Below are positions 14,966 to 25,304 of a stretch of 32,000 nt of DNA, piece by piece; the stretch's first letter is position 1; each line of letters starts with the position of its first letter. This DNA comes from Bacillus subtilis subsp. subtilis str. 168. GTDB taxonomy: Bacteria; Bacillota; Bacilli; Bacillales; Bacillaceae. Location of the stretch: contig NC_000964.3 in NCBI RefSeq assembly GCF_000009045.1, positions 1,320,001 to 1,352,000 of the forward strand. Reading direction: 5' to 3'. A program made the position numbers and the translations under genes. The notes under the pieces were generated by a model, which made no database searches, was not told where the DNA came from, and saw nothing but the letters and a program-made list of their open reading frames with translations.

Positions 14966-17900
14966 ATCGCAAAATTAACAGCCCGTTTTGATCTCGAAGA
15001 CAAGGTATCTAAAAAACTAAAACGGATACATAAAGGATTCCAAGAGGTCGAAAAAAAAGTCAAAACCATTAATCGGCAAATCAAAATCAGTATCAGAGCG
15101 GAAGATCAGGCATTTTACCGGCTGAGAAAAATAAACGACTATATCATTTTGAAATTCGCGAAATCGCTTGAAATTAAAGTTGTACTTGATGACCAAGTCA
15201 CTTCAAAGCTTGATGCAATTGAAAGAAAACTTAAACGGCTGCCGAAAGAAACGAAGCTGACTGTCTCTTTGGTAGATCGGACAGCAGCTGCGTATAAAAA
15301 AATAAAGAAGATGCTTTCTAATCAAAAGCTATCATTCCTTTTGATTCCAGATGACAAGGTTACTTCTACAGTTAAAAGGATTATCGGTTATATTAAGAAA
15401 AATTTGAAAAACGGATACACAGTAAAACTAAAGGTCATCGATGAAATCACCAAAACAGTTAATCGATTAACAGCCCTTCTAAGGAAATTTGAAAAAACCT
15501 ATTATGTAAAAGTGGTTGTTAAGACAAAAATATCAGACAAAATCAATAAAAAAGAAAGCCTGATTAACAAAGAAACTTCTAAGAAAGAATCAGACAAATC
15601 CTCAGATAAAGGCTCTGATAAAAACTCAGATCAAAAACCTGGATGGGTCGGAAAAATAAAAGGCTGGCTGAAGGATTGGTGGACAAAATCAGCTTGGCCT
15701 TGGATCAAAGATACGCTCAATGAAATAGGCAAAGCTTTTTTGGATCGTTTCAAAGAGAGATTGATAGAAAAGCTGAAAAATGATGTGTTTGATAAGATCA
15801 TTGATAAAATTCTAGGACCACAAAAAAAGGACGATTCTGGTGAAAATTCTGACACAGATAAAAAAGTCCTTAACCGTAATACAGGAGGAAATTGTTGCTG
15901 TGACTGCTGTGAAGGCGGTATCAGCCCGGGCACTAAAAATAAAAAAACCTATAGAAAAAAGAAAAGTCCCACAAAGGCTCCAAACAGAACACTCAAGGTT
16001 CCTGGAGAGGTGATAAGAAGACGCCAGAGCGGCACACCTGCTGAAAGTGCACCTAGGACCTCGGGTTCCAAGTTAAAGAACTGGCTTGGAGGCTTAAAAT
16101 CGCTAGGGAAGGATTCATCTAAACTAGGTAAAGCGTTCAGAGGAATGGGAAAGGCTGTTCCATACGTAGGATCTGCTTTAGCAGTGTTTGATTTAGCTGG
16201 AATCAATAAAGATAATGCTGGCGAAAAGGTTGGTTCAATTGGAGGACGTATTGCCGGAGCGGAAGCTGGTGCAACAGCCGGAGCGGAAGCTGGTGCAACG
16301 ATTGGATCTTTCGTTGGTCCGGAAGGTACAGCAATCGGCGGCGCAATCGGCGGAATTGGCGGCGGGTTAGTAGGCGGAATCGGCGGCGAAGAAGCAGGTA
16401 AGAACATTGGTAAGATGTTTGATACTTCTAAGTTAAAGGAGAGCATAAGCAATTCACTATTTAACAAAGAGTGGTGGAGTGGAAAATGGAACTCCATTTC
16501 TGATACTGCCAATGGGGCTATTACTTGGATTGAAGATACATGGAGTAAAGTTTCAACTTGGTTTGACCAGTATGTGTTTACACCTATATATAATGTTGCT
16601 GTACCTGTAATTAATTTTATAGTAGGATTGTTTGCCTATGCCTGGGATGGCATATTGGCAGTATGGAACATTGTCTACCCGTGGTTTAAGGATAACGTGT
16701 GGGATCCAATAAGCGGAGCAGTTACTAATGTTGCTACAACGATATGGACTGGATTGTGCAACGCCTGGACGGTTATTTCAGGCATATGGTCTACTGTTTC
16801 AACATGGTTTATGGACAATGTGTGGAATCCTGTAAGTGAAGCCGTAACCACTGCGGCAACATGGATTTGGAGTAAGATCAATGATGCATGGACAATAATT
16901 TCCAATATTTGGACAGGAGTATCGAATTGGTTTTATGATAATGTATGGAACCCGATCGTCAAAAAAGTAGAAGATATTAAAACTTCAATAAAAGAAAAAT
17001 TCGATGATGCAAGGAAATTTTTTGAGGATGCATGGGATGGAATTGAAACTTGGTTTAATGAACATGTGAAAGATCCATTGGTTAAAGTATCAGAGAAAAT
17101 TGCTGAGAAATTTCAATGGCTATTCGATTTAAAAGATTCAGTTGGTGGTTTCGTTGCAAAAGTAATACACAGGGGGGAAGAAGTTACTCACCTCAAGAAA
17201 AAACCAATCAAAAAGGATTCGAAAGAGAAAAAAACTAGTTCCAAACCAACTACTAATAACATTTTTGCTCAATCTCCATCAAATAATAATATGACTGTTT
17301 TTCAACAAGCACTAGATCAGAACGCCACAGGCGGCTACATCACCAAACCAACCATCTCGTGGATCGGTGAAGCCGGCAAGGAATTCGTTATCCCGGTTGA
17401 TAACAACCGAGGCCGGGGGAAGATGCTTCTTTCACAAGCGGCGTCTAAGCTGGGTATGCAAGTTGTAGACGACATGGGCGCAGCTTCGTCTTCTGGCGGA
17501 AGTCCAGCATCTGTTTCAGGAGGAGCAGCTGTCAGTCCTCTATCAGGCACAGCCTCCCCAGTAATGAACACTGCAAATCTTACAGGCCAAGCGTCCACAC
17601 TCGGACAGCAATTTTCAGAAGGCTTTGGTAAAGGCATCAGCGATCAGCCGGTCAAAATGGAAGACTGGAAAAAGAAAAACATCAATACACCATTTACACA
17701 AATGATTTCTGCTTCACCAAATTACGGTAAACAAATGGTAAGTGGGTATGCCAAGGGCCAAAGCGGCACTGCAACCGGAACAGACGGCTTTTTGCAATCA
17801 AAAGTTAAAACGCCGTTCCAAGCCACTGTGAGCAAATCGTCTTCATGGGGCACAGGAACGGTCAAAGGCTTTGCGCAAGGACAAAATTCAACCCAAACAG

Positions 17901-18964
17901 GGACTGCACAGTATGTGAGTACACATGTTGACAAACCGTTCCTGCGTTCAAAAGACACATCGAACAGCTGGGGCTCCGGTTTGATTGGAAACTTTGTGAC
18001 AGGCATGAATTCTAAATCCAGTGAAGTAAAACAAGCAGCAAAGGATATGGCCAAGAGAGTGGAGCAGGCTTTCCGTGAAGAATTAGATATCCATTCACCT
18101 TCTCGAGTCATGATGAGCTTGGGGCGTTTTGCCTCTGTCGGTGTTGTAAAAGGACTGGATTCTGTCGATGTGAAAAAATACGCAGAAAAACAAGCCGGTT
18201 CATTGGCAGCTGCTTATTCCGGAATGGGTGCAGTAGGGGGAAATGTGAAACAGTGGCTTATGGCAGCAATAATGGCCACAAAGACACCATTGAGCTGGCT
18301 CTCGGGATTAATGACGATTGCACAGTATGAATCAGGGGGCAACCCGAACTCTATTAACCTGTGGGATAGCAACGCGAAGGCGGGAAATCCATCACAAGGA
18401 CTCATGCAGACAGTTCCAACCACATTTAATGCTCATAAAGCACCGGGCATGGGTAACATTAGAAATCCGATTCACAACGCTGCTGCCGCGATCGGCTATA
18501 TCAAAAGCAGATACGGCTCAATTGATAATGTACCTGGCATTAAAAGCCTGAAACGTGGCGGTCCTTATGTCGGTTATGCAAACGGCGGGCTGATCACGAA
18601 AGAACAAATTGCCCGTGTCGGTGAAGGAAACAAGCGGGAATGGATCATCCCAGAGGAACGGGGCATCCGCGGTCGCTACCTTCTTCAGAGAGCGGCACAG
18701 GCTCTTGGTATGGAAGTGACAGATCCGTCTCAATCCCAGCAGTCTGAGCTTTCTTCAGGACAAGTTTCAGCTGTTACCTCGGCTAGCCGGCCGACTGCAG
18801 CGGTTTCTGGATCAAAAGAGATTTATATTCAATTTAACGGTGACCAGCACTTCCATAATGGACAAGACGCCGAAAGCCTAGCGGCGAAGATCAAGCAGGC
18901 GCTTATAGATGAACTGCAAAAGGATATCAATATTGGAACGAAGGGAGTCGTTGCATTTGACTAA
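14966..18964 (+). CDS. xkdO: Tail tape measure protein with a C-terminal lytic transglycosylase (SLT-like) domain
   Basis: The frame is open from 14936. A strong AGGAGAGGAGGG SD sits at 14947-14958. The nearest in-frame candidate start is ATC 14966; the first canonical start is TTG 15149, which has no SD (1271 aa). SLT motif: [30 protein letters not shown]. Confidence 0.85.
16253..16300 (+). repeat. Tandem 24-nt in-frame duplication inside xkdO
   Basis: GCCGGAGCGGAAGCTGGTGCAACA (16253-16276) is repeated at 16277-16300 with 23/24 identity. It encodes AGAEAGAT twice. Confidence 0.9.
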
Positions 18965-19616
18965 ATCCGTATATGAATTTTGGATTTCACAAGGGAAGGA
19001 CAAGCTGCGGCTCCCCGTTCTTCCCGACCAGCTGAGTATTTCAAATACAGTTCAGAATGAGACGGTTAAAGTAGCCAAGTTCGGTGACCTTACATTTATT
19101 GACGAGCAGGGAGCGAAAGAAATTTCGTTCTCTTCTTTTTTTCCGAAGAAATACAGTCCGATAGCAGAATATCAAAACTTCCCGTCGCCGGAAAATGCGA
19201 TAACAAAAATTGAAAAATGGATGAAGGCCAAAAAACCGGTTCAGTTTTTGATTACGGGAACTAAAGTGAATTTAACATGCAGTATTGAAGGTTTTTCCTA
19301 TAGCGAAGGCCAGCAGGATATAGGTGATCGTTCCTTTGATATTCAATTAAAAGAATACAAAACCGCTTCCCCGCGGAAAATCAAGCAGAAGAAAAAAACA
19401 AAGGCAAAACGTCCGTCGAAGGCTGCGCCGAAGACGTACACAGTGAAAAAGGGAGACACGCTATGGGACATTGCAGGCAGATTTTACGGGAACAGCACCC
19501 AATGGCGCAAAATTTGGAATGCCAATAAAACAGCAATGATCAAACGAAGCAAACGGAACATCAGGCAGCCGGGCCACTGGATTTTTCCCGGCCAAAAATT
19601 AAAGATACCGCAATGA
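18909..19616 (+). CDS. xkdP: LysM-domain tail/baseplate protein (P2 gpX-like)
   Basis: 235-aa track ORF. An alternative TTG start at 18957 has a GAAGGGAG SD. C-terminal LysM: [30 protein letters not shown]. Confidence 0.85.
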
Positions 19617-19628
19617 AACAGGTGATGT

Positions 19629-20609
19629 ATGATGATAGAACTGTTCGTCATTAAAGACACAGAGTGGCTTGAGCTGGTTGCAGAAAGCGTATCGCTTGAA
19701 GGCCATCGTTATCAGGCGCCGCGTTCCATTGAAGCAACCATCGTCACCAAGCAGGGCGACCAGACGTATTACAGTGTCTCAGAAGGAGATACGGTCTTGT
19801 TTAAATGGAAGGGAAAAGAGCTGTTTCGGGGCATTGTTTTTGCAAGAACCCCGGACGAGCATACGCTTGCCTTCAGCGCTTATGACATGCTGCAGTACCT
19901 GGTCAAAAACCAGGATATGTACGTGTTTTCCAATCAGCGGGCCGACCAGATCATCAGAAGGATTGCGAGTGACTTCCAGATACCGACAACCTCGATCGCA
20001 AACACAGGCCATACGATCAAAAGTCTTGTCATTAAAAATGATACGACATTGTATGACATCATATTAAAAGCGCTGAAACAGACGAAAAGCCAGACAGGAC
20101 GACATTACCAGCTGTATTCGGAAAAAGGAAAGCTCGGCCTGCGCGCTTGGCCAGATCCGTCAGAGGTATGGGTGCTTGAAACGGGCGTCAATATCACGGG
20201 CTACCAATACAGCACTTCTATAAACGACACTGCTACTCGGGTGGTGCTTCGCCGGCAGAAGGACAATAAGACATATAAAGCCTCTGCCAAGGACAGTTCA
20301 GGCTTAAATAAATACGGTGTGCTTCAATATACGGAAACGGTCACAGATGACATCAACCAGGCACAGCTTCAGCAGCGGGCAGATGTACGCCTTGCTGAAA
20401 AAAAGGGCGTGAAAAAAGAACTGAAAAATATTCAGGCAGTGGGCATCCCAGAAGTGCAGAGCGGCTTGCCTGTCTATATTTCGATTCCGGAGGCCGGCAT
20501 CAAGAAAACCTATTGGGTAGATACGGACCGGCATGAATTTAAAGGAACGAAACATACGATGACGATCGATGTTGTCGAAAAGAATACGATGCCGGAAGGA
20601 GTTTCCTGA
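19629..20609 (+). CDS. xkdQ: Baseplate hub / late-control gpD-like protein
   Basis: 326 aa with tandem ATGs at 19629 and 19632 after CAGGTGA. Its position after the LysM protein matches P2-like baseplate order. Confidence 0.85.
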   Translation: MMIELFVIKDTEWLELVAESVSLEGHRYQAPRSIEATIVTKQGDQTYYSVSEGDTVLFKWKGKELFRGIVFARTPDEHTLAFSAYDMLQYLVKNQDMYVFSNQRADQIIRRIASDFQIPTTSIANTGHTIKSLVIKNDTTLYDIILKALKQTKSQTGRHYQLYSEKGKLGLRAWPDPSEVWVLETGVNITGYQYSTSINDTATRVVLRRQKDNKTYKASAKDSSGLNKYGVLQYTETVTDDINQAQLQQRADVRLAEKKGVKKELKNIQAVGIPEVQSGLPVYISIPEAGIKKTYWVDTDRHEFKGTKHTMTIDVVEKNTMPEGVS

Positions 20610-20875
20610 TGAGATTAAGTGAGGCTATAAAACATTTGGCAGTCGGCGCAGTTGACGCTGAGTCTCCGGTAGAACTGCTCCCGGCTGAAGTCGTTTCGGT
20701 TTCTCCTGTGGAAATCAAATTAAAAGAAAACAGCAAACTGATCATACCGGAAGACGCCATCATTATCCCAAAACGAATGCAGTCCGGAGGAGACGATGCA
20801 CTCGAGCCGGGGGATCGCCTCATGACCGCGGCTCTGACTGGCGGGCAATCGTTTTTTATTTTAGATAAGGTATAG
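20609..20875 (+). CDS. xkdR: Small baseplate/spike-associated protein (88 aa)
   Basis: Its ATG overlaps the xkdQ stop (TGATG), with a GGAAGGAG SD 8 nt upstream. Confidence 0.8.
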   Translation: MRLSEAIKHLAVGAVDAESPVELLPAEVVSVSPVEIKLKENSKLIIPEDAIIIPKRMQSGGDDALEPGDRLMTAALTGGQSFFILDKV

Positions 20876-20931
20876 ACAAACCGCTTCAGTACGAAGGGGT
20901 TTTTATTTAGCATGTAAAAGGAGTGGGCAAC

Positions 20932-21357
20932 ATGGCCCTGACACCAGAAGTGGAGTTTGAAGATATTGAAGTTGAGAGCGAAGTCATTGAAACCTCGCAA
21001 ACGTACAAAATAGATTTTGAAAACGGAAGAATTACGAATGAGCTGATTACCGGGCTTGAAGCGATCAGGCAGTTCGTGTATATCGCCTTACAGACAGAAC
21101 GCTATGCATATTCCATATACAGCCATAATGTCGGAAACGAGCTTCAGGACGTGCTGACAGATCATGAGACGACTGATGCGTATAAAAAGATGGAGATTCC
21201 GAGACTGATAGAAGAGGCGCTGGTTTATGATGACCGGATATCTGCTGTAACAGATTTTGAGATTGAAAAACAAGGCGACGCGTTTCATGTGTCCTTCGTG
21301 GTGGAGACGGATGAAGGAACGCTTGAGATTGAGGAGGTGATTGGCGAAGATGTTTGA
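20932..21357 (+). CDS. xkdS: gpW/gp25-like baseplate wedge protein
   Basis: ATG 20932 lies 8 nt after the AAAGGAG SD. The track start, GTG 20923, overlaps the SD itself. Product is 141 aa. Confidence 0.8.
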   Translation: MALTPEVEFEDIEVESEVIETSQTYKIDFENGRITNELITGLEAIRQFVYIALQTERYAYSIYSHNVGNELQDVLTDHETTDAYKKMEIPRLIEEALVYDDRISAVTDFEIEKQGDAFHVSFVVETDEGTLEIEEVIGEDV

Positions 21358-22396
21358 AGATCAGACTTTTGAAGCGATTATGGAGCGTATGCTGAACAGC
21401 ATTTCCGCAGATATTGACACAAGAGAAGGCAGCGTCATTTATAATGCGTTAGCCCCGGCGGCGGCCGAGCTTGCGAAGTCTTATATATGGCTGGATACTG
21501 TGCTTGAGCTAGTTTTTTCTGATACCGCACAAGGCGAATTTTTAGACAGGCGTGCAGCGGAAGCGGGAATTGAACGGACAGCCGCGACAAAGGCGGTCAG
21601 AGCGGGAGAGTTTACATCTGGAGTTACTATTCCTGTCGGCTCCCGCTTTTACGTGGATAATCTTTATTTTCAATATACGGCAGACGGGACGCTCATCTGT
21701 GAAACACCTGGTGAAGCGGGAAACGCCAATCTGACCGGACGCAATTTACTGTCATTGGATACCATTCCCGGTTTAGAAACGGCCATTGTCAAAGAAATCC
21801 TGATTCCGGGGCGCGAGGAAGAGGGAGATGACAGCTTGCGAGAACGGTATTTTACAAGGGTTCGGCGTGAGGCCGTCAGTGCCAATAAAATGCATTATAA
21901 AGAGTGGGCTGAGGAAGTGGACGGTGTGGGAAAGGCAAAGATCTTCCCGCTTTGGAACGGTGAAGGCACGGTCAAAATTGTCGTCACCAATGCGAATCTT
22001 GAGCCCGCTTCTCCTATTTTAATTCAAAAAGTGAAAGATTATATCGACCCTGAACCAGGACAGGGAGAGGGACAGGCGCCAATCGGAGCCGTTGTCACGG
22101 TGGAAAGCGCGGTCTGGAAGGAAGTTGAGATTTCTGCCGAAGTGCTGCCTGAGATCAATCACTCAATTGATGAAGTGAAGTCGGAAATTGAGGAAGGCGT
22201 TTTAAACTTCTTTAAAAAAATGGCGTTTGAAGACAACGTTATCCGCCTTTCTCAAATTAACAATATCGTCTATAATTCACCATCAGTCAGTGACTACTCC
22301 AATATTCAAATCAACGGCACGTCTGAAAATCTGGTGCTGAGCGACGTGGAAATTCCTAAGCTTGGGCAGGTGAAGATCATTGAGCAAACAAGATGA
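21350..22396 (+). CDS. xkdT: Baseplate J-like protein
   Basis: ATG 21350 (MFEDQTF) lies 9 nt after GAGGAGGTG and gives 348 aa. It follows the gp25-like gene, as in P2 W-J-I order. Confidence 0.87.
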   Translation: MFEDQTFEAIMERMLNSISADIDTREGSVIYNALAPAAAELAKSYIWLDTVLELVFSDTAQGEFLDRRAAEAGIERTAATKAVRAGEFTSGVTIPVGSRFYVDNLYFQYTADGTLICETPGEAGNANLTGRNLLSLDTIPGLETAIVKEILIPGREEEGDDSLRERYFTRVRREAVSANKMHYKEWAEEVDGVGKAKIFPLWNGEGTVKIVVTNANLEPASPILIQKVKDYIDPEPGQGEGQAPIGAVVTVESAVWKEVEISAEVLPEINHSIDEVKSEIEEGVLNFFKKMAFEDNVIRLSQINNIVYNSPSVSDYSNIQINGTSENLVLSDVEIPKLGQVKIIEQTR

Positions 22397-22958
22397 CATG
22401 CGAGCTTATCTGCCGCCGTTTCTCACCAGCCTTAAAGAAATGGCCGAGCTGCTGAAAGCGGAAGCGCCTGAGTTTGATAAACAAAATGACAGCATATTTG
22501 ATCTGACGGATCAGTTATTCGTACCGACGGCGACTTGGGGGCTCAGCCGCTGGGAAAAAATTTTAAACGTCCCGCGGGAATCAGGCGACACTGATGAGAT
22601 CAGACGATTGCGGCTCATTTCCAAAATGTCGAACATCCCGCCAATCACATACAGGGCCATTGAGCAGGCGGTAAACCGTTTCTTGAAAAACCCGTCTGCA
22701 CAGGTCCGCCTGCTTCCCGGCGAATACCGATTTAACGTCGATATCAATGTTGATGACCTCCAGCACATGAATGAGCTGATCGAAGCGATAGAAAACATGA
22801 AACCCGCTCATTTGGCGTATACGCTCAGAGGCGGATTGAATGAGACGCTGCGAATCAAAGATACAGTCATCCTGAATCACCGCAGATACCGAACAGCCAG
22901 TGAGCTCAAGGTCGGTTATTCTGTCACTCTTAACAACAATGAGGTGGTTTTAACTTGA
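22380..22958 (+). CDS. xkdU: Baseplate gpI-like protein
   Basis: TTG 22380 lies 6 nt after AGGTGA. An alternative ATG at 22398 has no SD. Product is 192 or 186 aa. Confidence 0.8.
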   Translation: MSKQDDMRAYLPPFLTSLKEMAELLKAEAPEFDKQNDSIFDLTDQLFVPTATWGLSRWEKILNVPRESGDTDEIRRLRLISKMSNIPPITYRAIEQAVNRFLKNPSAQVRLLPGEYRFNVDINVDDLQHMNELIEAIENMKPAHLAYTLRGGLNETLRIKDTVILNHRRYRTASELKVGYSVTLNNNEVVLT

Positions 22959-23227
22959 TTTCAACCATATACAGAGAACGCACAGCGGCTGATCTAAAAA
23001 GCAGAATCGATCACGTGCTGCTCAACGGCCAAAAAACAGAAATAGTAGAGCTCGCCATTGACGGTGCGACAGTCACCGTTCTGACAAAACGTGAGGAAGA
23101 CATCAAGCATATTGAAACGGTACAAATTTTTGACGAGCTGGGCAATGTGATCACAGAGAGAAAGACTGACCTGGACGTCAGCGAAAACAGAACACTCGAT
23201 TTCAGATTTACTTTTGAGGTGGTGTAA
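22955..23227 (+). CDS. Small hypothetical tail protein (90 aa) upstream of the fibre gene
   Basis: TTG start 7 nt after GAGGTGG, overlapping the xkdU stop. Confidence 0.7.
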   Translation: MISTIYRERTAADLKSRIDHVLLNGQKTEIVELAIDGATVTVLTKREEDIKHIETVQIFDELGNVITERKTDLDVSENRTLDFRFTFEVV

Positions 23228-23229
23228 AC

Positions 23230-25293
23230 ATGGCATACGAAGAAAAAACAGACTGGCTTCCGGACGACCCAATCAACGAAGATGACGTCAACCGCTGGGA
23301 AAAAGGAATAAAAGACGCCCACACCGACCTGGCTGCCCACAAAAACGACATGAACAACCCCCACAACACAACAAAGGCGCAAATCGGGCTGGGGAATGTG
23401 GATAATGTGCAGCAGGCTTCAAAGACGGAATTTAATGAACATAATCATGATTCAACCCGGCATATTACATCAGTAGAACGTGATGAATGGAATGCGAAGG
23501 AAACACCTGCCGGAGCCCAGTATAAGGCAGATCAAGCTGAAGCAAACGCCAAAGCATATACAGACAATTTTGCTGCACGAAGAGATAATCCTAACCAAGT
23601 AACAAAAGCACAGGTTGGACTTGGGAATGTCGAAAATGTGAAACAAGCCTCACTAGCAGATTTTGATGCTCATTTAAGCAATTCTAAAGTTCATGTATCT
23701 GAAGGGGAAAGAAACAAATGGAATGCTGCCCAACTAATTAAACTTACTGGAGACGACGGTAAAAGAATACAACTCCAAGACGGTACAGATATTCTTACAT
23801 TATCTTCTGGATTTTATTGTGCAGTTGGTCAGTCAGTTGTAAACAACCCGGTGGAAGGCGATGCAGCTTGGTATAACTACGATATTGTAGAAGGCGGTTC
23901 AGGAAGGAAAACAATAGTAGCTTACCAAAGTTGGGGAAGTATGATGTGGATTGGAATGGTTCACACTGATGGAGAATTTAGAGGATGGAAACAAATTGCA
24001 ACAACAGATTTTATAGATAGAGTTCAAACAGAATTAGATCTTCATGAAAATGATAAAACTAATCCTCATTCAGTTACTAAACAACAAGTGGGTCTCGGAA
24101 ATGTTGAGAATGTTAAGCAGGAGACACCTGATGGTGCGCAAAAAAAAGCTGATACTGCTTTAAACCAATCAAAAGATTATACTAACAGCACGGCCTTTAT
24201 TACTAGACCATTAAATTCAATAACCGATGCAAATGATTTAAATCTTCCGCCTGGCACTTATCGTTTAGACACTAATTACATGAATGCAAATCCAGTTTTG
24301 CAAAATCAATTTCCATTAAATGATAACAGAACAGGTTTATTAATTATCTACCCCTCTGCAAATAAATGGGCTACACGTCAAGATTGGTTTAGCATCTCTA
24401 CGAAAACACTTTATACAAGGGTAGCAGTTAATGGTACTGATTATTCAGGGTGGTATATATTAGAGAATTCGGAAGGTTCACAAAATAAAGCGGATAAAGC
24501 TTTAGCTGATGCTAAAAACTATGTTGAAACAAATTATACAAATCAAAAGTTAACTGTTCTAACAGGATCAAATGCAATCCAAGATGCGAGAATAAGCGGA
24601 AATGATTACAAATACGGAATCACTTTTATGGACATAGGGGCCAATAACACTACAGGATACCCGCTCACTTATGGATTTGTAAAAAATGAAAAGCATAGTA
24701 ATTATCGCTTTACTCAGTATTTCTATGGAAATGCAGACACAACTAGTGGAAGTTATGATCATGTAGGGACTTGGATCCGCCATTGGTGGGCAGATTCAGG
24801 CTGGACTGCGTGGCAAAAGATATCAGGGTTTGCTCACGCTAATATTGGGACTACTGGGCGTCAAGCCCTTATTAAAGGAGAAAATAACAAAATTAAATAT
24901 AACCGTATTATAAAAGATAGCCATAAATTGTTTGATACAAAAAACAATAGGTTTGTAGCCAGTCATGCAGGAATGCATTTAGTCAGTGCTAGTTTATATA
25001 TAGAAAATACTGAGCGATACTCCAATTTTGAATTATATGTTTATGTAAACGGCACAAAGTATAAATTAATGAATCAATTTAGAATGCCTACCCCTTCCAA
25101 TAACAGTGATAATGAGTTTAATGCAACTGTTACTGGATCTGTTACAGTTCCGCTTGATGCAGGAGATTATGTTGAAATTTATGTTTATGTTGGTTATTCC
25201 GGGGATGTAACACGATATGTTACAGATTCGAATGGAGCTCTCAATTATTTTGATGTTCTGGAGCTTGGCGGAAGAAATTACCCGAGAGTTTAG
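23230..25293 (+). CDS. xkdV: Tail fibre / receptor-binding protein
   Basis: 687 aa with a GAGGTGG SD. It carries three copies of an NPxxxTKxQxGLGNVxNVxQ motif and a beta-rich C-terminal domain. Confidence 0.9.
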   Translation: MAYEEKTDWLPDDPINEDDVNRWEKGIKDAHTDLAAHKNDMNNPHNTTKAQIGLGNVDNVQQASKTEFNEHNHDSTRHITSVERDEWNAKETPAGAQYKADQAEANAKAYTDNFAARRDNPNQVTKAQVGLGNVENVKQASLADFDAHLSNSKVHVSEGERNKWNAAQLIKLTGDDGKRIQLQDGTDILTLSSGFYCAVGQSVVNNPVEGDAAWYNYDIVEGGSGRKTIVAYQSWGSMMWIGMVHTDGEFRGWKQIATTDFIDRVQTELDLHENDKTNPHSVTKQQVGLGNVENVKQETPDGAQKKADTALNQSKDYTNSTAFITRPLNSITDANDLNLPPGTYRLDTNYMNANPVLQNQFPLNDNRTGLLIIYPSANKWATRQDWFSISTKTLYTRVAVNGTDYSGWYILENSEGSQNKADKALADAKNYVETNYTNQKLTVLTGSNAIQDARISGNDYKYGITFMDIGANNTTGYPLTYGFVKNEKHSNYRFTQYFYGNADTTSGSYDHVGTWIRHWWADSGWTAWQKISGFAHANIGTTGRQALIKGENNKIKYNRIIKDSHKLFDTKNNRFVASHAGMHLVSASLYIENTERYSNFELYVYVNGTKYKLMNQFRMPTPSNNSDNEFNATVTGSVTVPLDAGDYVEIYVYVGYSGDVTRYVTDSNGALNYFDVLELGGRNYPRV

Positions 25294-25304
25294 GAGGTAC
25301 CTTT

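Noticed and set aside
15949-16512. 187-aa antisense ORF (Pro/Ile/Ala-rich) opposite xkdO
   Set aside because: It is the mirror image of the Gly/Ala-rich GGN/GCN repeat tract of the tape measure. The composition ([13 protein letters not shown]) is what antisense reading of such repeats produces, and I found no start context.
20880-20910. Hairpin-like sequence with a T tract between xkdR and xkdS
   Set aside because: ACCGCTTC..GAAGGGGT has an internal G-G mismatch and a short stem. I cannot compute its stability. It is too weak to call a terminator without data.
20539-21000. 153-aa minus-strand ORF spanning the xkdQ end, xkdR and the xkdS start
   Set aside because: It crosses three well-supported, translationally coupled plus-strand genes, lacks an SD, and has an implausible composition. 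I treated it as spurious, along with the other long antisense ORFs at 7936-8424, 13187-13645 and 9698-10120.
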